This document shows positions 9,879 to 18,093 of a stretch of 38,456 nt of DNA, one piece after another. Position 1 is the first letter of the stretch, and every line of letters begins with the position of its first letter. The stretch is taken from NCBI GenBank assembly GCA_021162585.1, contig JAGGYK010000104.1, positions 1 to 38,456 on the forward strand. The letters run 5' to 3'. The notes under the pieces are model-generated. The model worked only from the letters and a program-made list of their open reading frames with translations. It made no database searches and was not told the origin of the DNA. This DNA comes from Deltaproteobacteria bacterium. Lineage in GTDB: Bacteria; Desulfobacterota; Desulfomonilia; UBA1062. Made by a program: the position numbers and the translations under genes.

Positions 9879-11114
9879 TTACTTTATGAAGGCAGCCACG
9901 CCACCTATGCAGTTCAGGACGAGTGCAATAAAAAGAATGAGATTAAAAACCCAGGAATTGGTATAATTGCCCATGATTTGATTGCTGTTGGCAACATAGA
10001 GATATATCCCTATAATGAGGGGCCCTGCAAGTAATAATATTACCATAGCGTAGACCATATACTGCATAGCTGGGAGACCACTTAAAAAAGGCCCCAGGAT
10101 TGCCACCAAGATACTAATAAATAGTATCAACTTAAACCTCGTATCGTCTAGATCTGGTGAAATCCCAACCATGTCAGCAAGAAAATAGCACAACATGGTG
10201 GCAAGAGCCCCTATGGTAGTAAAGATGCTCATAAAAAGTCCTACCAGGAATATCCACTTGGAAAATGGGCCTACCAGCGGCTCTAACGCCTTGGCAGCAT
10301 CTATAGCCGATGTCACCTCAATTCCTCTAGTGTAAAGCACTGCCGCTCCTGAGACATAAATCCCTATACTAAATATCCCAAAGAGTATCCCGTAAAAAAA
10401 AACCTGGTCTAATGTCATCCTTTTTATAAATTCTGGCCGGTTCCATCCCTTATTTTTAACGAGGTAAGAATATCCCACGGCTACCACACCGCCGGCAGAA
10501 CCTCCTAATATGCCTCCAAATGCCATTAAGCCTGTTTTATCCAGAGGAACAGCTGGTATTAACCCTTTGGCCATACCTGACCAGGATACATTGACAGAAA
10601 AGATATTGATAAGAAACAATATTGCCATAGAGGATGTCATTATCGCACAGAGAAAAACCACCCTTTTGAATCCAAAGGTGAATATCAAAGCTATGATAAC
10701 GACTATCACGGGAATAGCTATCGTCTCTATATAAGGTTTTATCTGAGGCACCATAAGAGAAGAAGTATGAGCCAAGAGATTGCCCTCAATGGCTATAACA
10801 TAGTAAACAGCAAATATCATCCAGGCAAAGAAGGGGTAGGCAAAATACTTATGGGTATAGTCTCTGACAATCTCAAAACCTGCCTTGCCTGTTACTGCGT
10901 AGACCCTTCCACCCACTAGGGATACCACAGCCCCAAGAAATCCGCTTGCCGCCACCATCCAGAGTATCTTATAGCCAAGATGAGAACCACCCATAATACA
11001 AGAAGCAATAGTGCCAGGACCCATAGAAGAAGAAACCAATATTGCAGCTGGCCCTATCACAGCCATCTTTTTCCAAAAACTTGTCTTTTCTTGATTATTC
11101 ATAACCCCCTCCAT
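9879..11114 (-). CDS. NRAMP-superfamily membrane transporter with a non-canonical metal-site motif
   Basis: 411 aa. It aligns by eye to MntH over GPAAILVSSSMGPGTIAS...GYKILW...TGK...RDY, but DPGN is replaced by GPGT. An alternative start at 11102 (Met5) follows GGAGGGGG. Confidence 0.65.
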   Translation of the reverse strand: MEGVMNNQEKTSFWKKMAVIGPAAILVSSSMGPGTIASCIMGGSHLGYKILWMVAASGFLGAVVSLVGGRVYAVTGKAGFEIVRDYTHKYFAYPFFAWMIFAVYYVIAIEGNLLAHTSSLMVPQIKPYIETIAIPVIVVIIALIFTFGFKRVVFLCAIMTSSMAILFLINIFSVNVSWSGMAKGLIPAVPLDKTGLMAFGGILGGSAGGVVAVGYSYLVKNKGWNRPEFIKRMTLDQVFFYGILFGIFSIGIYVSGAAVLYTRGIEVTSAIDAAKALEPLVGPFSKWIFLVGLFMSIFTTIGALATMLCYFLADMVGISPDLDDTRFKLILFISILVAILGPFLSGLPAMQYMVYAMVILLLAGPLIIGIYLYVANSNQIMGNYTNSWVFNLILFIALVLNCIGGVAAFIK

Positions 11115-12421
11115 TAAATATATAGGCCCTCAACCCCGAGTATTTTCAAAATGGTCTCATCGCCAGGGATCCCAAACAATAACTTTAAGTTCTCTACAGT
11201 TTCCTTAAAATCTCCCCCTACTATGCCCATATCTCTCGGTGCAATATTGCCTTTAAGTGAGAGGTAGACATTCTCTATCGCTACAGCTGTCCCTATGGCT
11301 ACTTTCATGGCACACGATTCCTTAGCACCATCACAAAAGATGCCTCCCATTACCGCTATAGTGAACCTAAAGGCACTATCCATCCTATCAAGCTCTCCTC
11401 CCAAGAGGAAGACGCCTCCAATAGCTGCGGCACCTGCTGCTGTAAAAGCAGCTCCACAATAAGGGCCTAGCAGCCCTGTATAACACTTTATTAAACCTCC
11501 AACTAAATGGGAAAGGGCAAGGGATCGAGTTAAATCCTCCCGAGCTATACCCTCTTTGCTTGCCATAGTCCCTAGTACCGTATTTATCACAATTGCCTGG
11601 TTCCCACTCCCGAAACTCGACATCATTGGCACCATAAGCCCTGCCATACGCGCATCACATGCAGCTGCTGCTTCTATCTTGCCTCTATTTACAACATCCT
11701 CAGCTATTAACCCTTCAATCATAAGATCCTCAAGGGCTACCCCATATCCTAGGCCCGCTCTTTCTCTTAACCCCTGACCAGCTGCCCGACGATTCATATC
11801 CTGGCCAGTTTTCAAAAAGGAGATTTCCTCGTAAGGTAACATCTTAACAATATTAACTAAATTCTCCAAATCCAAATCATACAAAACATCGAGATCCTTC
11901 GCGTTAGTACGTGCATCTTCCCTGTCCTCATAAAGTATTTTGTCATTTGCTTCTACCCTTACAATATGATTATGGGAACCCTCTATCAGAGCACTTGCCT
12001 TCCACCTTTTGGAGACAAGCTCTGCCAAGACATAGACACCCTGAGCATCATCTTTGAGTGCAATCTCAACCCTTCTACTACCCACAAATTTTTTTGCCTT
12101 TTCTATATCCGAAGCCCTTACCCCCTCAAAGACCATAAGCCCTTTGGATGAACTACATGCCAAGGCCCCTAACGCTGCCGCAACCCCCACTCCCCTTTCG
12201 CTTGTACCTGGTATAATCACCCCTAGTGCATTTCTCATCAGGTTTCTGTCCAGCGTAACTTTAACCCTCTCCACTGCCTCATCCCCTAAAGCCTCCCTTG
12301 CCTTTGCACAGGCTAAGGCCACCGCAGCAGGCTCGGTACAACCTAGGGCAGGAATTATATTCTTCTTGAGAAGGGCTAAAGCCTTAGTCTCTAACGCCTC
12401 TTTTATTACTCTCGGACTCAT
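11114..12421 (-). CDS. CyuA/YhaM (UPF0597, serine-dehydratase-alpha-like) Fe-S L-cysteine desulfidase family protein
   Basis: 435 aa. ALGCTEPAAVALA, GSHNHIV, CDARMAGLMVPMMSSFGSGNQ and CDGAKESCAMK line up with the E. coli YhaM motifs as I remember them. Confidence 0.78.
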   Translation of the reverse strand: MSPRVIKEALETKALALLKKNIIPALGCTEPAAVALACAKAREALGDEAVERVKVTLDRNLMRNALGVIIPGTSERGVGVAAALGALACSSSKGLMVFEGVRASDIEKAKKFVGSRRVEIALKDDAQGVYVLAELVSKRWKASALIEGSHNHIVRVEANDKILYEDREDARTNAKDLDVLYDLDLENLVNIVKMLPYEEISFLKTGQDMNRRAAGQGLRERAGLGYGVALEDLMIEGLIAEDVVNRGKIEAAAACDARMAGLMVPMMSSFGSGNQAIVINTVLGTMASKEGIAREDLTRSLALSHLVGGLIKCYTGLLGPYCGAAFTAAGAAAIGGVFLLGGELDRMDSAFRFTIAVMGGIFCDGAKESCAMKVAIGTAVAIENVYLSLKGNIAPRDMGIVGGDFKETVENLKLLFGIPGDETILKILGVEGLYI

Positions 12422-12732
12422 ATGTTCTTACACCAAAGGTCTTTTATTACCTTGTCCTCCCTTATTGGTTTCACTTTAATATCCCCTTTTACCTCGCAGG
12501 TACAACCTAAGACCTTCTTCCCGTCTACCTCAAGGGCACATCGGGCGCAGAACCCCTTCCTACAGTTTATAAAATAGGTCAGCCCTGGGTCTAAATTCTC
12601 CCTAATATAATTAAGACAATCGAGAACACTCATCCTCCCTGCCAAGGGAATCTCATAGGTAACATAATATGGTGCATCATCGGTCTCAGGACAATAGCGG
12701 AAGCACTCAACCTTTATCTTCTTTTCCTCCAT
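12418..12732 (-). CDS. Small 2Fe-2S ferredoxin-like protein corresponding to the SdhB/FrdB N-terminal domain only
   Basis: CRKGFCARCALEVDGKKVLGC fits C-x4-C-x2-C-x11-C. There is no 4Fe-4S/3Fe-4S domain. I prefer the Met at 12732 (AAGGGGG SD, 1 nt after the upstream stop) over the track start at 12753. Confidence 0.7.
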   Translation of the reverse strand: MEEKKIKVECFRYCPETDDAPYYVTYEIPLAGRMSVLDCLNYIRENLDPGLTYFINCRKGFCARCALEVDGKKVLGCTCEVKGDIKVKPIREDKVIKDLWCKNI

Positions 12733-12733
12733 T

Positions 12734-14560
12734 TCATACCCCCTTATTGGCATCTTCTCTGACCAACGATGCAGTAGCTACCCCTACTGCCTCCTCAAAG
12801 GTCATCTTCCCCTTGGGCAGAGGTAAGGTTGTGGTTACTATTGGCTCAAACCCCACCTCAAACTTGCCTTGTTTTACCCTTACTATTGTATTCTTCAAAA
12901 AATTGTCATGATTGGTAAGAACAAAATCAGAGCGATAAAAGGCACCCCGGCCCTCCTTCCTCACTGATGAGGCTATAGCAGTGGCATAGAGACAGGTGAG
13001 CATATTTTCCATCTCCAAACAGCCTATCCACTCTCGGTTAAGCTTCCTGGATCTCTTGTCGGACACATAGAGCTTAGGGACTTCCTCCACCGCCTCTTTG
13101 AGCATATCTATGGCCTCCTTAATCCCTTTGCCATCCCTGATAACGCCCAATCTTTTACCTGAGATATCGTGGATATACCTCCGTAATTCCTCGACCTTCA
13201 TCCCTTTTTCCCTCTTAAATGGGCCCTCTATCCTTTCTACGATCTTCTTCACATCCCCAGGGGTAATCTCTTCTTGATCTACCCTTTTTATAAACTCAGG
13301 GGAAATCTTACCTGCGATGAGTCCCTGGACTCCCACCTGTGTACAGGCAGCGGCCACACGATTCGCGCCCCACAACCCGCCTGAACACTCCCCCGCAGCA
13401 TAAAGTCCAGGGATTTCTGTCTCAGTGAGTTCATTGACCTTTATCCCACCAACCATAAAATGGCAGGCATTGGAGACCTCGATGTCCTCTTTCTTCATGA
13501 ACTCTATAAGCCGAGGCAAAAGAGTCTTAAACTCATAGCGAGTCTCTCCTAGACTCTTGGTTAAGCCTATAATCCCATTTTTCATCCTCTCCAGTTCCTC
13601 TTCTCCCAAATACTTCATAGAAAAGTAGACACCGCCGTGAGGAGTACCACGACCTGCCATAACCTCGAGCTCAGAGGCTATTGAGACAATTTCTTTCGTA
13701 CTCTTTTCCAACATCTTTGGATCATATCGACTCATGAAGCGCTGTCCCAGGCTATTTAAAAGCCTGACCCTAGTATCTAACTCGGTGAAGATATAGGTAA
13801 TAATGCTCCCCCTCTCCATAGGAGGCCATAAGATGGTAGTTGGGATAAATTGAACCATCTCCATGCCGATAAGGGGGACGCCGATACGGGCCGCCATTGC
13901 CTGCCCATCCCCAGTAAGATCATAGGTGGCAGAATTAAAGGGATAGGCCATTTGAAACCCTCCGGTAGCAAGCACCACTGCCTTGGCCTTGATTAGGATA
14001 ATCTCACCAGATCTAAAATCCAAGGCCACTGCACCGGCAATCCTGCCGCTCGAGACCAAAAGATCTACTACCATAGTATCTTCTATAATAGGGAGCTTCA
14101 TTGACTTAAACTTCTTTCTTAGGGCGTTAACCCAGCGCTTGCCAGAACTGGTGAGACCCCTAGCTATCTCCTCGCTATGAACGGAGGCATAATAATAGAC
14201 CCGCATACCCCAATCCAAGAGATTCTTGGTGCTCTTAGGGGCATACTCCACATACTTCTCTACCATCTTTTGGTTATTAAGAAAGAGTCCTTCATGAATA
14301 ATGTCAGAAAAAAACCTCTCCTGGCTATCTCGATCATCCCCAGAAAAGCCCAGTTCTTTGGCCGATATCCCATCCACATTGAAATCAGCCCCTGCACACT
14401 GGCTAGCACCAGTCCTGCCTATTGCACCCTTTGTAATCACCAAGGGTCTAACTCCCCGGTTTGCTGCCTCAATAGCTACCTGAGCCCCAGCACCCTCACT
14501 ACCTACCACCAAAAGGTCTGTCTCCACTACCCTGTCAACATATTCCTCAGCCCTTGGCAT
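12734..14560 (-). CDS. FAD-dependent oxidoreductase of the SdhA/FrdA/NadB/AprA flavoprotein superfamily, atypical active site
   Basis: 608 aa. N-terminal DLLVVGSEGAGA dinucleotide fold, LATGG, GLYAAGECSGGLWGANR. The dicarboxylate-binding HPT motif reads FIPTT. Confidence 0.8.
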   Translation of the reverse strand: MPRAEEYVDRVVETDLLVVGSEGAGAQVAIEAANRGVRPLVITKGAIGRTGASQCAGADFNVDGISAKELGFSGDDRDSQERFFSDIIHEGLFLNNQKMVEKYVEYAPKSTKNLLDWGMRVYYYASVHSEEIARGLTSSGKRWVNALRKKFKSMKLPIIEDTMVVDLLVSSGRIAGAVALDFRSGEIILIKAKAVVLATGGFQMAYPFNSATYDLTGDGQAMAARIGVPLIGMEMVQFIPTTILWPPMERGSIITYIFTELDTRVRLLNSLGQRFMSRYDPKMLEKSTKEIVSIASELEVMAGRGTPHGGVYFSMKYLGEEELERMKNGIIGLTKSLGETRYEFKTLLPRLIEFMKKEDIEVSNACHFMVGGIKVNELTETEIPGLYAAGECSGGLWGANRVAAACTQVGVQGLIAGKISPEFIKRVDQEEITPGDVKKIVERIEGPFKREKGMKVEELRRYIHDISGKRLGVIRDGKGIKEAIDMLKEAVEEVPKLYVSDKRSRKLNREWIGCLEMENMLTCLYATAIASSVRKEGRGAFYRSDFVLTNHDNFLKNTIVRVKQGKFEVGFEPIVTTTLPLPKGKMTFEEAVGVATASLVREDANKGV

Positions 14561-14569
14561 CTGTTCCTC

Positions 14570-15100
14570 CTATTTATTTTTATAAATCAATTCGCAGATA
14601 TCATCCCCTTTAAGCATCAATCGAGGCACATTCAAGATGAGACTAGGATTATAACCCCTAAGGGTCGCTTTATCTATATGCTCACAATATAGCTTCCCAT
14701 ATTCCCCCGTGCCTGTGCTAACCCAACCATCCTTAAAGGGACAAGATGATATCTTGATATGAAATCCCTCCTCATCAAGCTCCGGTACGTATGAGAGAGC
14801 ATCCGACTTGAGGTCACCGTAAATAAAAAAATTGTTAAGTGTAAGCTCGCCTCTCGAGGACTTCACCAGCCGAGCGACCTTCTTCCCTCTTTCCTCCCCA
14901 AAACGCCTAACAGCCCTCTCAACCACCTCTTTTCCTTTATCACCAAAGGCCTTTACCACCTCTTCACCCACCACCCCAAAAAGATGCGCCATAAGGGAAT
15001 AGGGGTGTGTTTTGTACTTATCACCTACCTCATCAGACTTGGATGCAATCTCTAACAAATCATCCATGGTCACGCTTTCTGTTTTTTTCATCATCTTCAC
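14570..15100 (-). CDS. ATC-hydrolase-like (L-2-amino-thiazoline-4-carboxylate hydrolase family) small protein
   Basis: 176 aa. The C-terminal pattern SSCPF...GEYGKLYCEHIDKATLRGYNPSLILNVPRLMLKGDDICELIY matches the C...C.D...G(F/Y)NP...GDD.C.F.Y pattern I recall for this family. Confidence 0.5.
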   Translation of the reverse strand: MKMMKKTESVTMDDLLEIASKSDEVGDKYKTHPYSLMAHLFGVVGEEVVKAFGDKGKEVVERAVRRFGEERGKKVARLVKSSRGELTLNNFFIYGDLKSDALSYVPELDEEGFHIKISSCPFKDGWVSTGTGEYGKLYCEHIDKATLRGYNPSLILNVPRLMLKGDDICELIYKNK

Positions 15101-15163
15101 CTCCTCCTAAGAATTTATATTATAAAAAGATATTTTAAAAAACGAACTATGCCACTCAAAAAA

Positions 15164-15586
15164 TTAACCTTCAAATATCTTCTCCAAGAGACGCATTAAG
15201 GTTATGATCTCATCCCTACTTAAGGGCCTTAGCATCTTTTTAGTAATAAGTCTGTCGACCCTCTCATGCTCCGAATGAACATGTTTTCCTTTTGGGGTAA
15301 GCCGAAGCTCTATGGCTCGCCTATCCTTCTTACTGGGCACTCTCTCCACAATCCCCCCCTTCTCTAAACGGTCTATAATACTAGTGAGGGTACTCCCAGG
15401 TACAGCTATCCTCTTCCCAATCTCCTTCATAATAATAAAGGGTTCTTCAAAGATGAGCCTTATGATAGTAAGCTCAATATAACTTATGTCCGAGAGATCC
15501 TTAGACCATCTACCCATGTTGTCCATACGGAGCTTACGCATGATCTTGTGATTTAAGGCATTTATCTTCTCTATCGCCTCATCCAT
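15164..15586 (-). CDS. MarR-family transcriptional regulator, first gene of the minus-strand operon
   Basis: Winged-HTH core IMKEIGKRIAVPGSTLTSIIDRLEKGGIVERVPSKKDRRAIELRLTPKG. I prefer the ATG at 15586 (GGAGGTGG 10 nt upstream) over the track's TTG at 15610, which lies too close to the predicted -10. Confidence 0.8.
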   Translation of the reverse strand: MDEAIEKINALNHKIMRKLRMDNMGRWSKDLSDISYIELTIIRLIFEEPFIIMKEIGKRIAVPGSTLTSIIDRLEKGGIVERVPSKKDRRAIELRLTPKGKHVHSEHERVDRLITKKMLRPLSRDEIITLMRLLEKIFEG

Positions 15587-15618
15587 ATCTGGCAATCCAC
15601 CTCCAAACAATAATTCTT

Positions 15619-15658
15619 ATTTCGAATTATACTATATTCGAAATTATTATCAAGAAAA
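15619..15658 (-). promoter_or_regulatory. marR promoter (TTGATA-16-TATAAT) overlapping the palindromic operator ATTTCGAAT-N8-ATTCGAAAT
   Basis: On the reverse strand, -35 TTGATA is at 15653-15648 and -10 TATAAT at 15631-15626. A perfect 9-bp inverted repeat lies at 15619-15627 / 15636-15644. Confidence 0.55.
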
Positions 15659-15785
15659 AATTGACACAGATATAAAACAGCCTAACTTTAGTTTGAATCT
15701 TGTCTTCTTTTTATTGTAATTTTTCTAAAATTAGATCGGAATGGACAATGGACACATCAAATGAAAGCTAACTTATTGATTTTAC

Positions 15786-15873
15786 TGGTGCCCGGGGCGG
15801 GAATCGAACCCGCACGAGAACAAGTCTCAAGGGATTTTAAGTCCCTTGTGTCTACCAATTCCACCACCCGGGC
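15786..15873 (-). tRNA. tRNA-Leu, anticodon UAA, type II (long variable arm), CCA encoded
   Basis: The reverse complement GCCCGGGTGGTGGAATTGGTAGACACAAGGGACTTAAAATCCCTTGAGACTTGTTCTCGTGCGGGTTCGATTCCCGCCCCGGGCACCA folds as a cloverleaf. Acceptor GCCCGGG/CCCGGGC; anticodon stem AGGGA/TCCCT with loop CTTAAAA; T arm GCGGG-TTCGATT-CCCGC. Confidence 0.93.
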
Positions 15874-16075
15874 ATGGAAGAAATAACGTGAATAAATGTA
15901 ATATCAAGCTGTAGATATGTCAAGTAGAGATCACTTGCCTAAGCCACTTAAATGAAAAGACTAAAAGACCTTGACAAAGATAGCCCCTTAAGTCTAATAA
16001 CAAAATAAATTTAGATTTTGCTTGCATACTACTTAAGCTATTTTTTAAATCTATTTTCATAAAGGGGGAGGCACA

Positions 16076-16639
16076 ATGGAACAAAAGACGTTTTATCAAA
16101 GGGTCTTAATCCCAATTGGTATTGTAATGCTTGTCATGATCGTCTCAATCAATATATATAATATCTCCCCGAGAGTAGCGTTTACTCATCCAGGCCTGGG
16201 TAAGTTAATATCCAACCTATCTGCCTTGTTTATGTTCATAAGCATATGGCTGGGTGTTTTTATAGCACATCCGCTTGCCTTCAGGGCAGGAGCCTCTATG
16301 AAGGAAAGGCTTTTAGTATGCCTGGCTACCCCTTTGGTCTGGTCAGCAAAGTTAGTATATAAAGCAGGATATATCTATACTGGATGGGAACTTCTCTACT
16401 GGGTAATTCAGCCTTTGATCATTGGGGTAATAGGGGTAGCCCTCTTAGAGATGGGGGTTTCTGAAATCATATGTAGATTGGTATACAAAAGGAAAGGGAT
16501 AATCTCAGAAAAGGTGTTTCAGCCGTCTGTTATAGCTGTGTTTGTAATTGGTCTTATTATTGTACCCCTGGGGCTGTGGAATGGAGGGACCTTTCTGTTT
16601 TATATATGTGTAGATATGTATACCAAGCTTTTTCACTGA
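16076..16639 (+). CDS. Hypothetical integral membrane protein (about 5-6 TM segments)
   Basis: 187-aa hydrophobic ORF preceded by AAGGGGGAGG. I recognise no family motif. Confidence 0.5.
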   Translation: MEQKTFYQRVLIPIGIVMLVMIVSINIYNISPRVAFTHPGLGKLISNLSALFMFISIWLGVFIAHPLAFRAGASMKERLLVCLATPLVWSAKLVYKAGYIYTGWELLYWVIQPLIIGVIGVALLEMGVSEIICRLVYKRKGIISEKVFQPSVIAVFVIGLIIVPLGLWNGGTFLFYICVDMYTKLFH

Positions 16640-16677
16640 CCAATGGAGATTCTTTAAACATATAAAAGGAGGTTGAC

Positions 16678-18093
16678 ATGCCAAAGGTTGTTAAAGATAG
16701 CCTTTTTACTAAAGACATCTCAAGGAGAGAAATCCTTAAGCTCTTCGGGGGTGTGGTAGCCGCCAGCATGCTGGATGGCCTCATCCCGAGGTGGGCCCTT
16801 TCTGCCACTATCAAAAGGCCAAATATTATATTCATCTTAAGTGATGACCACCGTTGGGACCATATGAGCTGTATGGGCCATCCATTTCTTAAGACACCCA
16901 ATCTTGATAGGTTAGCCAGCCAGGGGGTAATGTTTGATAATGCCTTTGTGACAACATCTTTGTGTAGCCCCAGCCGGGCAAGTTTTCTTACTGGTCAGTA
17001 TGCCCATATTCATGGTGTGAAAAATAATATTACCCCATGGAACAATGAGAATGTAACATTTCTAGAACAATTGAAAAGGGCTGGCTATGACACTGCATTT
17101 ATAGGCAAGTGGCATATGCCTGGTAAGGGTTTGCCAGATTTACGAGGCCTCGACAGATTCATCTCCTTTACTATTCAGAGAGGCCAGGGAAGATATTTTA
17201 ACTGCCCTCTAATAGTTGATGGGGTGGATACACCCTCTCGCAAGGAATATATCACAGAAGAGCTAACCGACTATGCCTTGGAATTTGTCAAACAAAAAAG
17301 GGACAATCCATTCTGTCTGTATCTCTCTCTCAAGGCAGTGCATCATAGATGGTTACCACCTAAAGATTTGAAAGGCATTTACAGCAAAGTGGAAGACTTA
17401 CACTTCCCCCCAGAGGCAGACAATTGGATAGGCCTTACTGATAACCAAATCTACTATGGAACATTTGGTTCATTGGACAAATTGTATAGGGGATATTGTG
17501 AAACTATCGTTGCCATGGATAGAGAGCTAGGTCGAGTCTTAAATACTCTGGACAGCCTGGGACTCACAGACAATACTGTAGTAATCTATGCTAGTGATAA
17601 TGGTATATACTGGGGCGAGCACCGCTTGGTTGATAAGCGCTTTGCCTATGAAGAGGCTATCCGTATACCCTTTATTGTCCGCTGGCCAGGCCTTATTAAA
17701 GACCCTGGAGGTCGCCTCCCCCAGATGGTGCTCAATATAGATCTTGCACCCACTATCTTAGAATTAGCAGGGGTGACCATCCCAGAAAATATGCAGGGAA
17801 AAAGTATTGTCCCTTTGCTTGCCTCAAAGGATGTCTCTTGGCGAAGGGCCTGGTTGTATGAATATTTCCTTGATTTTCCATACATAGTGCCTGGTATATA
17901 CGCCATCCGTACAGAGGACTACAAATATATCGAGTATCAAAGCAAACGCTACCCACCAGAGGTATATAATATCTCACTAGACCCAAAAGAAAAGAATAAT
18001 CTATATGAGAAGGATGAGGCAAAAAAGATACTTCCCATACTACAGCAGGAACTAATAAGGCTTAAAAAAGAGACAGGGGTTTTAGATATGTAG
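16678..18093 (+). CDS. Tat-exported Cys-type sulfatase (N-acetylglucosamine-6-sulfatase-like)
   Basis: Twin-arginine signal SRREILKLFGG...ALSA. Metal site SDDHRWD. Formylglycine motif CSPSRASFLTGQY. 471 aa. Confidence 0.9.
   Translation: MPKVVKDSLFTKDISRREILKLFGGVVAASMLDGLIPRWALSATIKRPNIIFILSDDHRWDHMSCMGHPFLKTPNLDRLASQGVMFDNAFVTTSLCSPSRASFLTGQYAHIHGVKNNITPWNNENVTFLEQLKRAGYDTAFIGKWHMPGKGLPDLRGLDRFISFTIQRGQGRYFNCPLIVDGVDTPSRKEYITEELTDYALEFVKQKRDNPFCLYLSLKAVHHRWLPPKDLKGIYSKVEDLHFPPEADNWIGLTDNQIYYGTFGSLDKLYRGYCETIVAMDRELGRVLNTLDSLGLTDNTVVIYASDNGIYWGEHRLVDKRFAYEEAIRIPFIVRWPGLIKDPGGRLPQMVLNIDLAPTILELAGVTIPENMQGKSIVPLLASKDVSWRRAWLYEYFLDFPYIVPGIYAIRTEDYKYIEYQSKRYPPEVYNISLDPKEKNNLYEKDEAKKILPILQQELIRLKKETGVLDM

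Noticed and set aside
12054-12479. 141-aa ORF on the plus strand
   Set aside because: It lies entirely antisense to the well-supported CyuA-like gene. Its Ala/Ser/Pro/Leu-rich, low-complexity composition is typical of the reverse frame of a real gene, and it has no SD.
14177-14692. 171-aa ORF on the plus strand, together with similar long antisense ORFs at 1087-1518, 28963-29304 and 31187-31681
   Set aside because: All lie antisense within genes that have clear family motifs. None has a family motif or a ribosome-binding site of its own. I treat them as shadow ORFs.
15786-15873. tRNA-Leu as the attachment site of a genomic island that would cover the 0.8-15.6 kb locus
   Set aside because: There is no integrase in the window. 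I found no direct repeat of the tRNA 3' end (tggtgcccggggcgggaatcgaacc) elsewhere in the window. Adjacency alone is not evidence.
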